From contig OZ024744.1 of assembly GCA_964016885.1 (NCBI GenBank), forward strand, positions 11,160,001 through 11,224,000: a stretch of 64,000 nt of DNA. Reading direction: 5' to 3'. Position 1 is the first letter of the stretch. Each line of letters opens with the position of its first letter. The stretch comes from Eledone cirrhosa (lineage: Eukaryota). Both the position numbers and the translations under genes were made by a program. The notes beneath the pieces were generated by a model. The model saw only the letters and a list, made by a program, of their open reading frames with translations, did not search any database and was not told where the DNA came from. Below, one piece after another: positions 13,501 to 27,600 of this stretch.

Positions 13501-16500
13501 TTGTAGTCCAATATGTTGTATTGTTTTTTTCCAATATGTCATGTTATACTCCAATATGTTGTGTTCGTGTACTCCAATATGTTGTGTTATTGTACTCCAA
13601 TATGTTGCGTTGTTGTACTCCAATATGTTGTGTTGTTATACTCCAATATGTTGTGTTGTTGTACTCCAATATGTTGTCTTGTTGTACTCCAAAAGGCCAT
13701 GTTATCGTACTCCAATATGTCTTGTTATACTCCAATATGTCGTGTGGCTGTACTCCAATATGTCATGTTGTTGTACTCCAATATGTCTTGTTATAGTCCA
13801 ATATGTCGTGTTGTTGTACTCCAATATGTCATGTAGTTGTATTCCAATATTTCGTGTTGTTGTACCCCAATATGTCGTGTTGTTTATACTCCAATATGTT
13901 TTGCTGTTGTACTCCAATATGTTGTGTTGCTGTATTCCAATATGTTGTGTTGTTATTCTCCAATATGTTGTGCTGTTGTACTCCAATGTGTTATGTTGTT
14001 ATACTCCAATATGTTGTGCTGTGCTACTCCAATATATTGTGTTGTTGTACTCCAATGTGTTGTGTTGTTATACTCCAATATGTTGTGTTGATTTACTCCA
14101 ATATGTTGTGTTGTTGTACTCCAATCTGTTGTGTTGTTATACTCCAATATGTTGTGTTGTTATACTCCAATATGTTGTGTTGTTTTACTCCAATATGTTG
14201 TGTTGTTGTACTCCAATATGTTGTGTTGTTGTACTCCAATATGTTGTGTTGTTGTAATCCAATATCTTGTGTTGTTATACTCCAATATGTTGTGTTGTAC
14301 TCCAATATGTTGTGTTGTTGTACTCCAATGTGTTATGTTGTTATACTCCAATATGTTGTGCTGTGCTACTCCAATATAGTGTGTTGTTGTACTCCAATGT
14401 GTTGTGTCGTTATACTCCAATATGTTGTGTTGATTTACTCCAATATGTTGTGTTGTTGTACTCCAATCTGTTGTGTTGTTATACTCCAATATGTTGTGTT
14501 GTTATACTCCAATATGTTGTGTTGTTTTACTCCAATATGTTGTGTTGTTGTACTCCAATATGTCATGTTGCTGTACTCCAACATGTCGTGTTGTAGTACT
14601 CCAATATGTTTTGATGTTGTACTCCAATATGTTGTGTTTTTGTACTCCAATATGTTGTGTTGTTGTACTCCAATATGTTGTGTTGTTATACTCCAATATG
14701 TTGTGCTGTTGTACTCCAATATGTCATGTTGTTGTACTCCGATATTTCGTGTTGTTCTACTCCAATATTTCGTGTTGTTGTACTCCAATATGTTGTGTTG
14801 TTGTACTCCAATATGTTGTGTTGTTGTACTCCAATATGTTGTGTTGTTGTACTCCAATATGTGATGTTGTTGTACTCCAATATGTCGTATTGTTGTACTC
14901 CAATATATTGTGTTGTTATACTCCAATATTTCGTGTTGTTTTAGTCCAATATGTCATGTTGTTTTACTCCAATATTTCGTGTTGTTGTACTCCAATATGT
15001 CATGGTGTTGTACTTCAATATGTCGTATTGTTGTACTCCAATATGTTGTGTTGTTGTTCTCCAATATGTCGTGTTGTTATACTCCAATATGTTATGATGT
15101 TGTACTCCAATATATTGTGTTGTTGTACTCCAATATGTTGTGTTGCTGTACTCCTATATGTTGTGTTGTTATTCTCCAATATGTTGTGCTGTTGTACTCC
15201 AATGTGTTGTCTTGTTATACTCCAATATGTTGTGTTGATTTACTCCAATATGTTGTGTTGTTGTACTCCAATCTGTTGTGTTGTTATACTCCAATGTGTT
15301 GTGTTGTTATACTCCAATATGTTGTGTTGTTGTAGTCCAATATGTTGTGTTGTCGTACTCCAATATGTTGTGTTGTTATACTCCAATATTTCGTGTGGTT
15401 GTACTCCAATATGTTGTGCTGTTTTACTCCAATATGTTGTGTTGTTGTACTCCAATATGTTGTATTGTTTTTCTCCAATATGTCATGTTATACTCCAATA
15501 AGTTGTGTTCTTGTACTCCAATATGTTGTGTTGTTGTACTCCAATATATCATGTTGTCGTACTCCAATATGTCATGTTATACTCCAATATGTCATTGTTG
15601 TACTCCAATATGTCGTGTTGTTGTACTCCAATATGTCGTGTTGTTGTACTCCAATATGTTGTGTTGTTGTACTCCAATATGTTGTGTTGTTGTACTCCAA
15701 TATGTTGTGTTGTTATACTCCAATATGTTATGTTGTTGTACTCCAATATGTCATGTTGTTGTACTCCAATATGTTTTGATGTTGTACTCCAATATGTTTT
15801 GTTGTTGTACTCCAATATGTTTTGATGTTGTAGTCCAATATGTTGTGTTGTTGTACTCCAATATGTTGTGTAGTCGTACTCCAATATGTTGTGTTGTTGT
15901 ACTCCAATATGCTGTGATGTTGTACTCCAATATGATGTGCTGTTGTACTCCAATGCGTTGTGTTGTTGTACTCCAATATGCTGTGTTGTTATACTCCAAT
16001 ATGTTGTGTTGTTGTACTCCAATATGTTGTGTTGTTGTACTCCAATATGTTGTGTTGTTGTAATCCAATATCTTGTGTAGTTATACTCCAATATGTTGTG
16101 CTGTTGTACTCCAATATGTTGAGTTGTTATACTCCAATATGTAGTGTTGTTATACTCCAATATGTTGTGTTGTTGTACTCCAATCTGTTGCGTTATACTC
16201 CAATATGTTGTGTTGTTATACTCCAATATGTTGTGTTGTTATACTCCAATATGTTGTGTTGTTTTACTCCAATATGTTGTATTGTTGATCTCCAATATGT
16301 CATATTATACTCCAATAAGTTGTGTTCTTGTACTCCAATATGTGTTGTTGTTGTACTCCAATATGTTGCGTTGTTGTACTCCAATATATCATGTTGTCGT
16401 ACTCCAATATGTTTTGATGCTGTACTCCAATATGTTGTGTTGTTGTACTACAATATGTTGTGTTGTTGTACTCCAATATGTTGTGTTGTTATACTCCAAT

Positions 16501-19500
16501 ATGTTGTGCTGTTGTACTCCAATATGTTGTGTTGTTATACTCCAATATGTAGTGTTGTTATACTCCAATATGTTGTGTTGTTGTATTCCAATCTGTTGTG
16601 TTGTTATACTCCAATATATTGTGTTGTTATACTCCAATATGTTGTGTTGTTTTACTCCAATATGTTGTGTTGTTGTACTCCAATATGTTGTATTGTTGTT
16701 CTCCAATATGTCATGTTATACTCCAATAAGTTGTGTTCTTGTACTCCAATATGTTGTGTTGTTGTACTCCAATATGTTGTGTTGTTGTACTCCAATATAT
16801 CATGTTGTCGTACTCCAATATGTCATGTTATACTCCAATATGTCGTTGTTATACTCCAATATGTCATGATGTTGTACTCCAATATGTCGTGTTCTTGTAC
16901 TCCAATATGTCGTGTTGTCGTACTCCAATATGTTGTGTTGTTGTACTCCAATATGTTGTGCTGTTGTACTCCAATATGTTTGTTGTTGTACTCCAATATG
17001 TTGTGTTGTTATACTCCAATATGTTGTGCTGTTGTACTCCAATATGTTTGCTGTTGTACTCCAATATGTCATGTTGTTTTACTCCAATATTTCGTGTTGT
17101 TGTACTCCAATATGTCATGGTGTTGTACTTCAATATGTCGTATTGTTGTACTCCAATATGTTGTGTTGTTGTTCTCCAATATGTCGTGTTGTTATACTCC
17201 AATATGTTATGATGTTGTACTCCAATATATTGTGTTGTTGTACTCCAATATGTTGTGTTGCTGTACTCCAATATGTTGTGTCGTTGTACTCCAATATGTT
17301 GTGTTGTTGTACTCCAATATGTTGTGTTGTTGTACTCCAATATGTTGTTGTACTCCAATATGCCATGTTGTTATACTCCAATATGTCGTGGTGTTGTACT
17401 CCAATATGTCATGTTGTTGTACTCCAATATTTCGTGTTGTTGTACTCCAATATGTCATAGGGGCTATACTCCAATATGGTGTGTTGTTGTACTCCAATAT
17501 GCTGTGTTGCTGTACTCCAATAGGTTGTGTTGTTGTACGCCAATATGCTGTGTTGGCTGTGCTCCAATACGTTGTGTTGTTGTACTCCAATATGTTGTGC
17601 CGCTGTACTCCAATATGTTGTGTTGTTGTACTCCAATATGTTGTGTTGTTGTACTCCAATATGTTGTGTTGTTGTACTCCAATCTATATCGCTGTTGTAC
17701 TCCAATATGTTGTGTTGTTGTACTCCAATATGTTGTGCTGTTGTACTCCAATATGTTGTGCTGTTGTACTCCAATATTTTGTGCTGTTATACTCCAATAT
17801 ATTGTGTTGTTATACTCCAATATGTTGTGTTGTTGTACTCCAAAATATTGTGTTGTTATACTCCAATATGTTGTGTTGTTATACTCCAATATGTTGTGCT
17901 GTTATACTCCAATATGTTGTGTTGTTGTACTCCAATATGTTGTGCTGTTATACTCCAATATTTTGTGTTGTTATACTCCAATATGTGGTATTGTTGTACT
18001 CCAATATGTTGTGCTGTTGTACTCCAATATGTTGTGTTGTTATACTCCAACATGTTGTGTTGTTATACTCCAATATGTTGTGTTGTTATACTCGAATATT
18101 TTGTGTTGTTATACTCGAATATCTTGTGTTGTTATACTCGAATATGTTGTGCTGTTGTACTCCAATATGTCGTGTTGTTGTACTCCAATATATCATGTAG
18201 TTGTACTCCAATATTTCGTGTTGTTGTACCCCAATATGTAGTGTTGTTTATACTCCAATATGTTTTGCTGTTGTACTCCAATATGATGTGCTGTTGTACT
18301 CCAATATGTTGTATTGTTGTTCTCCAATATGTCATGTTATACTCCAATAAGTTGTGTTCTTGTACTCCAATATGTTGTGTTGTTGTACTCCAATATATCA
18401 TGTTGTCGTACTCCAATATGTCATGTTATACTCCAATATGTCATTGTTGTACTCCAATATGTCGTGTTGTTGTACTCCAATATGTCGTGCTGTTGTACTC
18501 CAATATGCTGTGTTGTTATACTCCAATATGTTGTGTTGTTGTACTCCAATGTGTTGTGTTGTTATACTCCAATGTGTTGTGTTGTTATACTCCAATATGT
18601 TGTGTTGTTGTAGTCCAATATGTTGTGTTGTCGTACTCCAATATGTTGTGTTGTTATACTCCAATATTTCGTGTGGTTGTACTCCAGTATGTCATGGTGT
18701 TGTACTTCAATATGTCGTGTTGTTGTACTCCAATATGTTGTCTTGTTGTACTCCAATCTGTTGTATTGTTGTACTTCAATATGTTCTGTTGTTGTACTCC
18801 AATATATTGTGTTGTTGTACTCCAATATGTTGTGTTGTTGTACTCCAATATGCTGTGTTGTTGTACTCCAATATGTTGTGTTGTTGTACTCCAATATGTT
18901 GTGTTGTTGTACTCCAATATCTTGTGTTCTTATACTCCAATATGTTGTGTTGTTATACTCCAATATGTTGTGTTGTTGTACTCCAATATGTTGTGCTGTT
19001 GTACTCCAATATGATGTGCTGTTGTACTCCAATATGTTGTGTTGTTGTACTCCAATGTGTTGTGTTGTTGTACTCCAATATGTTGTGCCGTTGTACTCCA
19101 ATATTTTTTTTGTTTTTGTACTCCAAAATGTTGTGTTGTTATACTCCAATATGTTGTGTTGGTGTACTCCAATATGGTGTGCTGTTGTACTCCAAATCTC
19201 GTGTTGTTATACTCCAATGTGTTGTGTTGTTATACTCCAATATGGTGTGTTGTTGAACTCCAATATGTTGTATTGTTTTTCCCCAATATGTCATGTTATA
19301 CTCCAATATGTCGTGTTGCTGTACTCCAATATGTCATGCAGTTGTACTTCAATATGTTTTGCTGTTGTACTCCACCGTGTTGTGTTGTTGAACTCCAATA
19401 CGTTGTGTTGTTGTTCTCCAATATTTTGTGCTGTTGTACTCCAATTTGTGTTGTTGTACTCCAATATGTTGTGTTGTTGTACTCCAATATGTTGTGTTGT

Positions 19501-21630
19501 TGTACTCCAATATGTTGTGTTGTTATACTCCAATATGTTGTGCTGTTGTACTCCAATATTTCGTGTTGTTGTACTCCAATACGTCGTGTTGTTGTACTCC
19601 AATATGTTTTGATGTTGTACTCAAATATGTTGTGTTGTTGTACTCCAATATGTTTTGATGTTGTACTCCAATATGTTGTGTTGTTGTACTCCAATATGTT
19701 GTGTAGTCTTACTCCAATATGTTGTGTTGTTGTACTCCAATATGCTGTGATGTTGTACTCCAATATGATGTGATGTTGTACTCCAATGTGTTGTGTTGTT
19801 GTACTCCAATGTGATGTGTTGTTGTACTCCAATATGTTGTGCCATTGTACTCCAATATTTTTTATATTTGTACTGCAATATGTTGTGTTGTTATACTCCA
19901 ATATGTTGTGCTGTTGTACTCCAAATCTCGTGTTGTTATACTCCAATGTGTTGTGTTGTTATACTCCAATATGGTGTGTTGTTGTAGTCCAATATGTTGT
20001 ATTGTTTTTTTCCAATATGTCATGTTATACTCCAATATGTTGTGTTCGTGTACTCCAATATGTTGTGTTATTGTACTCCAATATGTTGCGTTGTTGTACT
20101 CCAATATGTTGTGTTGTTATACTCCAATATGTTGTGTTGTTGTACTCCAATATGTTGTCTTGTTGTACTCCAAAAGGCCATGTTATCGTACTCCAATATG
20201 TCTTGTTATACTCCAATATGTCGTGTGGCTGTACTCCAATATGTCATGTTGTTGTACTCCAATATGTCTTGTTATAGTCCAATATGTCGTGTTGTTGTAC
20301 TCCAATATGTCATGTAGTTGTATTCCAATATTTCGTGTTGTTGTACCCCAATATGTCGTGTTGTTTATACTCCAATATGTTTTGCTGTTGTACTCCAATA
20401 TGTTGTGTTGCTGTATTCCAATATGTTGTGTTGTTATTCTCCAATATGTTGTGCTGTTGTACTCCAATGTGTTATGTTGTTATACTCCAATATGTTGTGC
20501 TGTGATACTCCAATATATTGTGTTGTTGTACTCCAATGTGTTGTGTTGTTATACTCCAATATGTTGTGTTGATTTACTCCAATATGTTGTGTTGTTGTAC
20601 TCCAATCTGTTGTGTTGTTATACTCCAATATGTTGTGTTGTTATACTCCAATATGTTGTGTTGTTTTACTCCAATATGTTGTGTTGTTGTACTCCAATAT
20701 GTTGTGTTGTTGTACTCCAATATGTTGTGTTGTTGTAATCCAATATCTTGTGTTGTTATACTCCAATATGTTGTGTTGTTGTACTCCAATATGTTGTGTT
20801 GTTGTACTCCAATGTGTTATGTTGTTATACTCCAATATGTTGTGCTGTGCTACTCCAATATAGTGTGTTGTTGTACTCCAATGTGTTGTGTTGTTATACT
20901 CCAATATGTTGTGTTGATTTACTCCAATATGTTGTGTTGTTGTACTCCAATCTGTTGTGTTGTTATACTCCAATATGTTGTGTTGTTATACTCCAATATG
21001 TTGTGTTGTTTTACTCCAATATGTTGTGTTGTTGTACTCCAATATGTCATGTTGCTGTACTCCAACATGTCGTGTTGTAGTACTCCAATATGTTTTGATG
21101 TTGTACTCCAATATGTTGTGTTTTTGTACTCCAATATGTTGTGTTGTTGTACTCCAATATGTTGTGTTGTTATACTCCAATATGTTGTGCTGTTGTACTC
21201 CAATATGTCATGTTGTTGTACTCCGATATTTCGTGTTGTTCTACTCCAATATTTCGTGTTGTTGTACTCCAATATGTTGTGTTGTTGTACTCCAATATGT
21301 TGTGTTGTTGTACTCCAATATGTTGTGTTGTTGTACTCCAATATGTGATGTTGTTGTACTCCAATATGTCGTATTGTTGTACTCCAATATATTGTGTTGT
21401 TATACTCCAATATTTCGTGTTGTTTTAGTCCAATATGTCATGTTGTTTTACTCCAATATTTCGTGTTGTTGTACTCCAATATGTCATGGTGTTGTACTTC
21501 AATATGTCGTATTGTTGTACTCCAATATGTTGTGTTGTTGTTCTCCAATATGTCGTGTTGTTATACTCCAATATGTTATGATGTTGTACTCCAATATATT
21601 GTGTTGTTGTACTCCAATATGTTGTGTTGC
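8630..21630 (+). repeat. ~6.5-kb higher-order tandem duplication (copy 1 ~8630-15150, copy 2 ~15150-21630)
   Basis: Identical or near-identical ORF-track entries at steady offsets: 8763>15278 (6515), 10236>16733 (6497), 11048>17527 (6479), 13305>19786 (6481), 14473>20957 (6484). Rare variant CATGCAGTTG is shared at ~12855 and ~19335. Confidence 0.88.
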
Positions 21631-24600
21631 TGTACTCCAATATGTTGTGTCGTTGTACTCCAATATGTTGTGTTGTTGTACTCCAATATGTTGTGTTGTG
21701 TTGTTGTACTCCAATATGTTGTTGTACTCCAATATGCCATGTTGTTATACTCCAATATGTCGTGGTGTTGTACTCCAATACGTCATGTTGTTGTACTCCA
21801 ATATTTCGTGTTGTTGTACTCCAATATGTCGTGTTGTTGTACTCCAATATGCTGTGTTGGCTGTGCTCCAATACGTTGTGTTGTTGTACTCCAATATGTT
21901 GTGCTGCTGTACTCCAATATGTTGTGTTGTTGTACTCCAATATGTTGTGCTGCTGTACTCCAATATGTTGTGTTGTTGTACTCCAATATGTTGTGTTGTT
22001 GTACTCCAATATGTTGTGTTGTTATACTCCAATATGTTGTGCTGTTGTACTCCAATATGTTGTGTTGTTATACTCCAATATGTAGTGTTGTTATACTCCA
22101 ATATGTTGTGTTGTTGTACTCCAATCTGTTGTGTTGTTATACTCCAATATATTGTGTTGTTATACTCCAATATGTTGTGTTGTTTTACTCCAATATGTTG
22201 TGTTGTTGTACTCCAATATGTTGTATTGTTGTTCTCCAATATGTCATGTTATACTCCAATAAGTTGTGTTCTTGTACTCCAATATGTTGTGTTGTTGTAC
22301 TCCAATATGTTGTGTTGTTGTACTCCAATATATCATGTTGTCGTACTCCAATATGTCATGTTATACTCCAATATGTCGTTGTTATACTCCAATATGTCAT
22401 GATGTTGTACTCCAATATGTCGTGTTCTTGTACTCCAATATGTCGTGTTGTCGTACTCCAATATGTTGTGTTGTTGTACTCCAAGATGTTGTGCTGTTGT
22501 ACTCCAATATGTTGTGTTGTTGTACTCCAATATGTTGTGTTGTTATACTCCAATATGTTGTGATGTTGTACTCCAATATTTCGTGTTGTTGTACTCCAAT
22601 ACGTCGTGTTGTACTCCAATATGTTGTGTTGTTATACTCCAATATGTTATGTTGTTGTACTCCAATGTGTCTTGTTGTTGTACTCCAATATGTTTTGATG
22701 TTGTACTCCAATATGTTGTGTTGTTGTACTCCAATATGTTTTGATGTTGTACTCCAATATGTTGTGTTGTTGTACTCCAATATGTTGTGTAGTCGTATTC
22801 CAATATGTTGTGTTGTTGTACTCTAATATGTTTTGTTGTTATTCTCCAATATGTTGTGATGTTGTACTCCAATGTGTTGTGTTGTTGTACTCCAATGTGA
22901 TGTGTTGCTGTACTCCAATATGTTGTGCTGTTGTACTCCAATATTTTTTGTTTTTTGTACTCCAATATGTTGTGTTGTTATACTCCAATATGTTGTGTTG
23001 TTATACTCCAATATGGTGTGTTGTTGTACTCCAATATGTTGTATTGTTTTCTCCAATATGTCATGTTATACTCCAATATGGTGTGTTCGTGTACTCCAAT
23101 ATGTTGTGTTATTGTACTCCAATATGTTGCGTTGTTGTACTCCAATATGTTGTGTTGTTATACTCCAATATGTCGTGTGGCTGTACTCCAATATGTCATG
23201 TTGTTGTACTCCAATATGTCTTGTTATAGTCCAATATGTCGTGTTGTTGTACTCCAATATATCATGTAGTTGTACTCCAATATTTCGTGTTGTTGTACCC
23301 CAATATGTAGTGTTGTTTATACTCCAATATGTTTTGCTGTTGTACTCCAATATGTTGTGTTGCTGTACTCCTATATGTTGTGTTGTTATTCTCCAATATG
23401 TTGTGCTGTTGTACTCCAATGTGTTGTGTTGTTATACTCCAATGTGTTGTGTTGTTATACTCCAATATGTTGTGTTGTTGTAGTCCAATATGTTGTGTTG
23501 TCGTACTCCAATATGTTGTGTTGTTATACTCCAATATTTCGTGTGGTTGTACTCCAGTATGTCATGGTGTTGTACTTCAATATGTCGTGTTGTTGTACTC
23601 CAATATGTTGTCTTGTTGTACCCCAATCTGTTGTATTGTTGTACTTCAATATGTTCTGTTGTTGTACTCCAATATATTATGTTGTTGTACTCCAATATGT
23701 TGTGTTGTTGTACTCCAATATGCTGTGTTGTTGTACTCCAATATGTTGTGTTGTTGTACTCCAATATGTTGTGTTGTTGTACTCCAATATCTTGTGTTCT
23801 TATACTCCAATATGTTGTGTTGTTATACTCCAATATGTTGTGTTGTTGTACTCCAATATGTTGTGCTGTTGTACTCCAATAGGATGTGCTGTTGTACTCC
23901 AATATGTTGTGTTGTTATACTCCAATGTGTTGTGTTGTTGTACTCCAATATGTTGTGCCGTTGTACTCCAATATTTTTTTGTTTTTGTACTCCAAAATGT
24001 TGTGTTGTTATACTCCAATATGTTGTGTTGGTGTACTCCAATATGGTGTGCTGTTGTACTCCAAATCTCGTGTTGTTATACTCCAATGTGTTGTGTTGTT
24101 ATACTCCAATATGGTGTGTTGTTGAACTCCAATATGTTGTGTTGTTTTTCTCCAATATGTCATGTTATACTCCAATATGTCGTGTTGCTGTACTCCAATA
24201 TGTCATGCTGTTGTACTTCAATATGTTTTGCTGTTGTACTCCACCGTGTTGTGTTGTTGAACTCCAATACGTTGTGTTGTTGTTCTCCAATATTTTGTGC
24301 TGTTGTACTCCAATTTGTGTTGTTGTACTCCAATATGTTGTGTTGTTGTACTCCAATATGTTGTGTTGTTGTACTCCAATATGTTGTGTTGTTATACTTC
24401 AATATGTTGTGCTGTTGTACTCCAATATTTCGTGTTGTTGTACTCCAATACGTCGTGTTGTTGTACTCCAATATGTTTTGATGTTGTACTCAAATATGTT
24501 GTGTTGTTGTACTCCAATATGTTTTGATGTTGTACTCCAATATGTTGTTGTACTCCAATATGTTGTGTAGTCTTACTCCAATATGTTGTGTTGTTGTACT

Positions 24601-27600
24601 CCAATATGCTGTGATGTTGTACTCCAATATGATGTGATGTTGTACTCCAATGTGTTGTGTTGTTGTACTCCAATGTGATGTGTTGTTGTACTCCAATATG
24701 TTGTGCCATTGTACTCCAATATTTTTTATATTTGTACTGCAATATGTTGTGTTGTTATACTCCAATATGTTGTGCTGTTGTACTCCAAATCTCGTGTTGT
24801 TATACTCCAATGTGTTGTGTTGTTATACTCCAATATGGTGTGTTGTTGTAGTCCAATATGTTGTATTGTTTTTTTCCAATATGTCATGTTATACTCCAAT
24901 ATGTTGTGTTCGTGTACTCCAATATGTTGTGTTATTGTACTCCAATATGTTGCGTTGTTGTACTCCAATATGTTGTGTTGTTATACTCCAATATGTTGTG
25001 TTGTTGTACTCCAATATGTTGTCTTGTTGTACTCCAAAAGGCCATGTTATCGTACTCCAATATGTCTTGTTATACTCCAATATGTCGTGTGGCTGTACTC
25101 CAATATGTCATGTTGTTGTACTCCAATATGTCTTGTTATAGTCCAATATGTCGTGTTGTTGTACTCCAATATGTCATGTAGTTGTATTCCAATATTTCGT
25201 GTTGTTGTACCCCAATATGTCGTGTTGTTTATACTCCAATATGTTTTGCTGTTGTACTCCAATATGTTGTGTTGCTGTATTCCAATATGTTGTGTTGTTA
25301 TTCTCCAATATGTTGTGCTGTTGTACTCCAATGTGTTATGTTGTTATACTCCAATATGTTGTGCTGTGCTACTCCAATATATTGTGTTGTTGTACTCCAA
25401 TGTGTTGTGTTGTTATACTCCAATATGTTGTGTTGATTTACTCCAATATGTTGTGTTGTTGTACTCCAATCTGTTGTGTTGTTATACTCCAATATGTTGT
25501 GTTGTTATACTCCAATATGTTGTGTTGTTTTACTCCAATATGTTGTGTTGTTGTACTCCAATATGTTGTGTTGTTGTACTCCAATATGTTGTGTTGTTGT
25601 AATCCAATATCTTGTGTTGTTATACTCCAATATGTTGTGTTGTACTCCAATATGTTGTGTTGTTGTACTCCAATGTGTTATGTTGTTATACTCCAATATG
25701 TTGTGCTGTGCTACTCCAATATAGTGTGTTGTTGTACTCCAATGTGTTGTGTTGTTATACTCCAATATGTTGTGTTGATTTACTCCAATATGTTGTGTTG
25801 TTGTACTCCAATCTGTTGTGTTGTTATACTCCAATATGTTGTGTTGTTATACTCCAATATGTTGTGTTGTTTTACTCCAATATGTTGTGTTGTTGTACTC
25901 CAATATGTCATGTTGCTGTACTCCAACATGTCGTGTTGTAGTACTCCAATATGTTTTGATGTTGTACTCCAATATGTTGTGTTTTTGTACTCCAATATGT
26001 TGTGTTGTTGTACTCCAATATGTTGTGTTGTTATACTCCAATATGTTGTGCTGTTGTACTCCAATATGTCATGTTGTTGTACTCCGATATTTCGTGTTGT
26101 TCTACTCCAATATTTCGTGTTGTTGTACTCCAATATGTTGTGTTGTTGTACTCCAATATGTTGTGTTGTTGTACTCCAATATGTTGTGTTGTTGTACTCC
26201 AATATGTGATGTTGTTGTACTCCAATATGTCGTATTGTTGTACTCCAATATATTGTGTTGTTATACTCCAATATTTCGTGTTGTTTTAGTCCAATATGTC
26301 ATGTTGTTTTACTCCAATATTTCGTGTTGTTGTACTCCAATATGTCATGGTGTTGTACTTCAATATGTCGTATTGTTGTACTCCAATATGTTGTGTTGTT
26401 GTTCTCCAATATGTCGTGTTGTTATACTCCAATATGTTATGATGTTGTACTCCAATATATTGTGTTGTTGTACTCCAATATGTTGTGTTGCTGTACTCCT
26501 ATATGTTGTGTTGTTATTCTCCAATATGTTGTGCTGTTGTACTCCAATGTGTTGTGTTGTTATACTCCAATATGTTGTGTTGATTTACTCCAATATGTTG
26601 TGTTGTTGTACTCCAATCTGTTGTGTTGTTATACTCCAATGTGTTGTGTTGTTATACTCCAATATGTTGTGTTGTTGTAGTCCAATATGTTGTGTTGTCG
26701 TACTCCAATATGTTGTGTTGTTATACTCCAATATTTCGTGTGGTTGTACTCCAATATGTTGTGCTGTTTTACTCCAATATGTTGTGTTGTTGTACTCCAA
26801 TATGTTGTATTGTTTTTCTCCAATATGTCATGTTATACTCCAATAAGTTGTGTTCTTGTACTCCAATATGTTGTGTTGTTGTACTCCAATATATCATGTT
26901 GTCGTACTCCAATATGTCATGTTATACTCCAATATGTCATTGTTGTACTCCAATATGTCGTGTTGTTGTACTCCAATATGTCGTGTTGTTGTACTCCAAT
27001 ATGTTGTGTTGTTGTACTCCAATATGTTGTGTTGTTGTACTCCAATATGTTGTGTTGTTATACTCCAATATGTTATGTTGTTGTACTCCAATATGTCATG
27101 TTGTTGTACTCCAATATGTTTTGATGTTGTACTCCAATATGTTTTGTTGTTGTACTCCAATATGTTTTGATGTTGTAGTCCAATATGTTGTGTTGTTGTA
27201 CTCCAATATGTTGTGTAGTCGTACTCCAATATGTTGTGTTGTTGTACTCCAATATGCTGTGATGTTGTACTCCAATATGATGTGCTGTTGTACTCCAATG
27301 CGTTGTGTTGTTGTACTCCAATATGCTGTGTTGTTATACTCCAATATGTTGTGTTGTTGTACTCCAATATGTTGTGTTGTTGTACTCCAATATGTTGTGT
27401 TGTTGTAATCCAATATCTTGTGTAGTTATACTCCAATATGTTGTGCTGTTGTACTCCAATATGTTGAGTTGTTATACTCCAATATGTAGTGTTGTTATAC
27501 TCCAATATGTTGTGTTGTTGTACTCCAATCTGTTGCGTTATACTCCAATATGTTGTGTTGTTATACTCCAATATGTTGTGTTGTTATACTCCAATATGTT

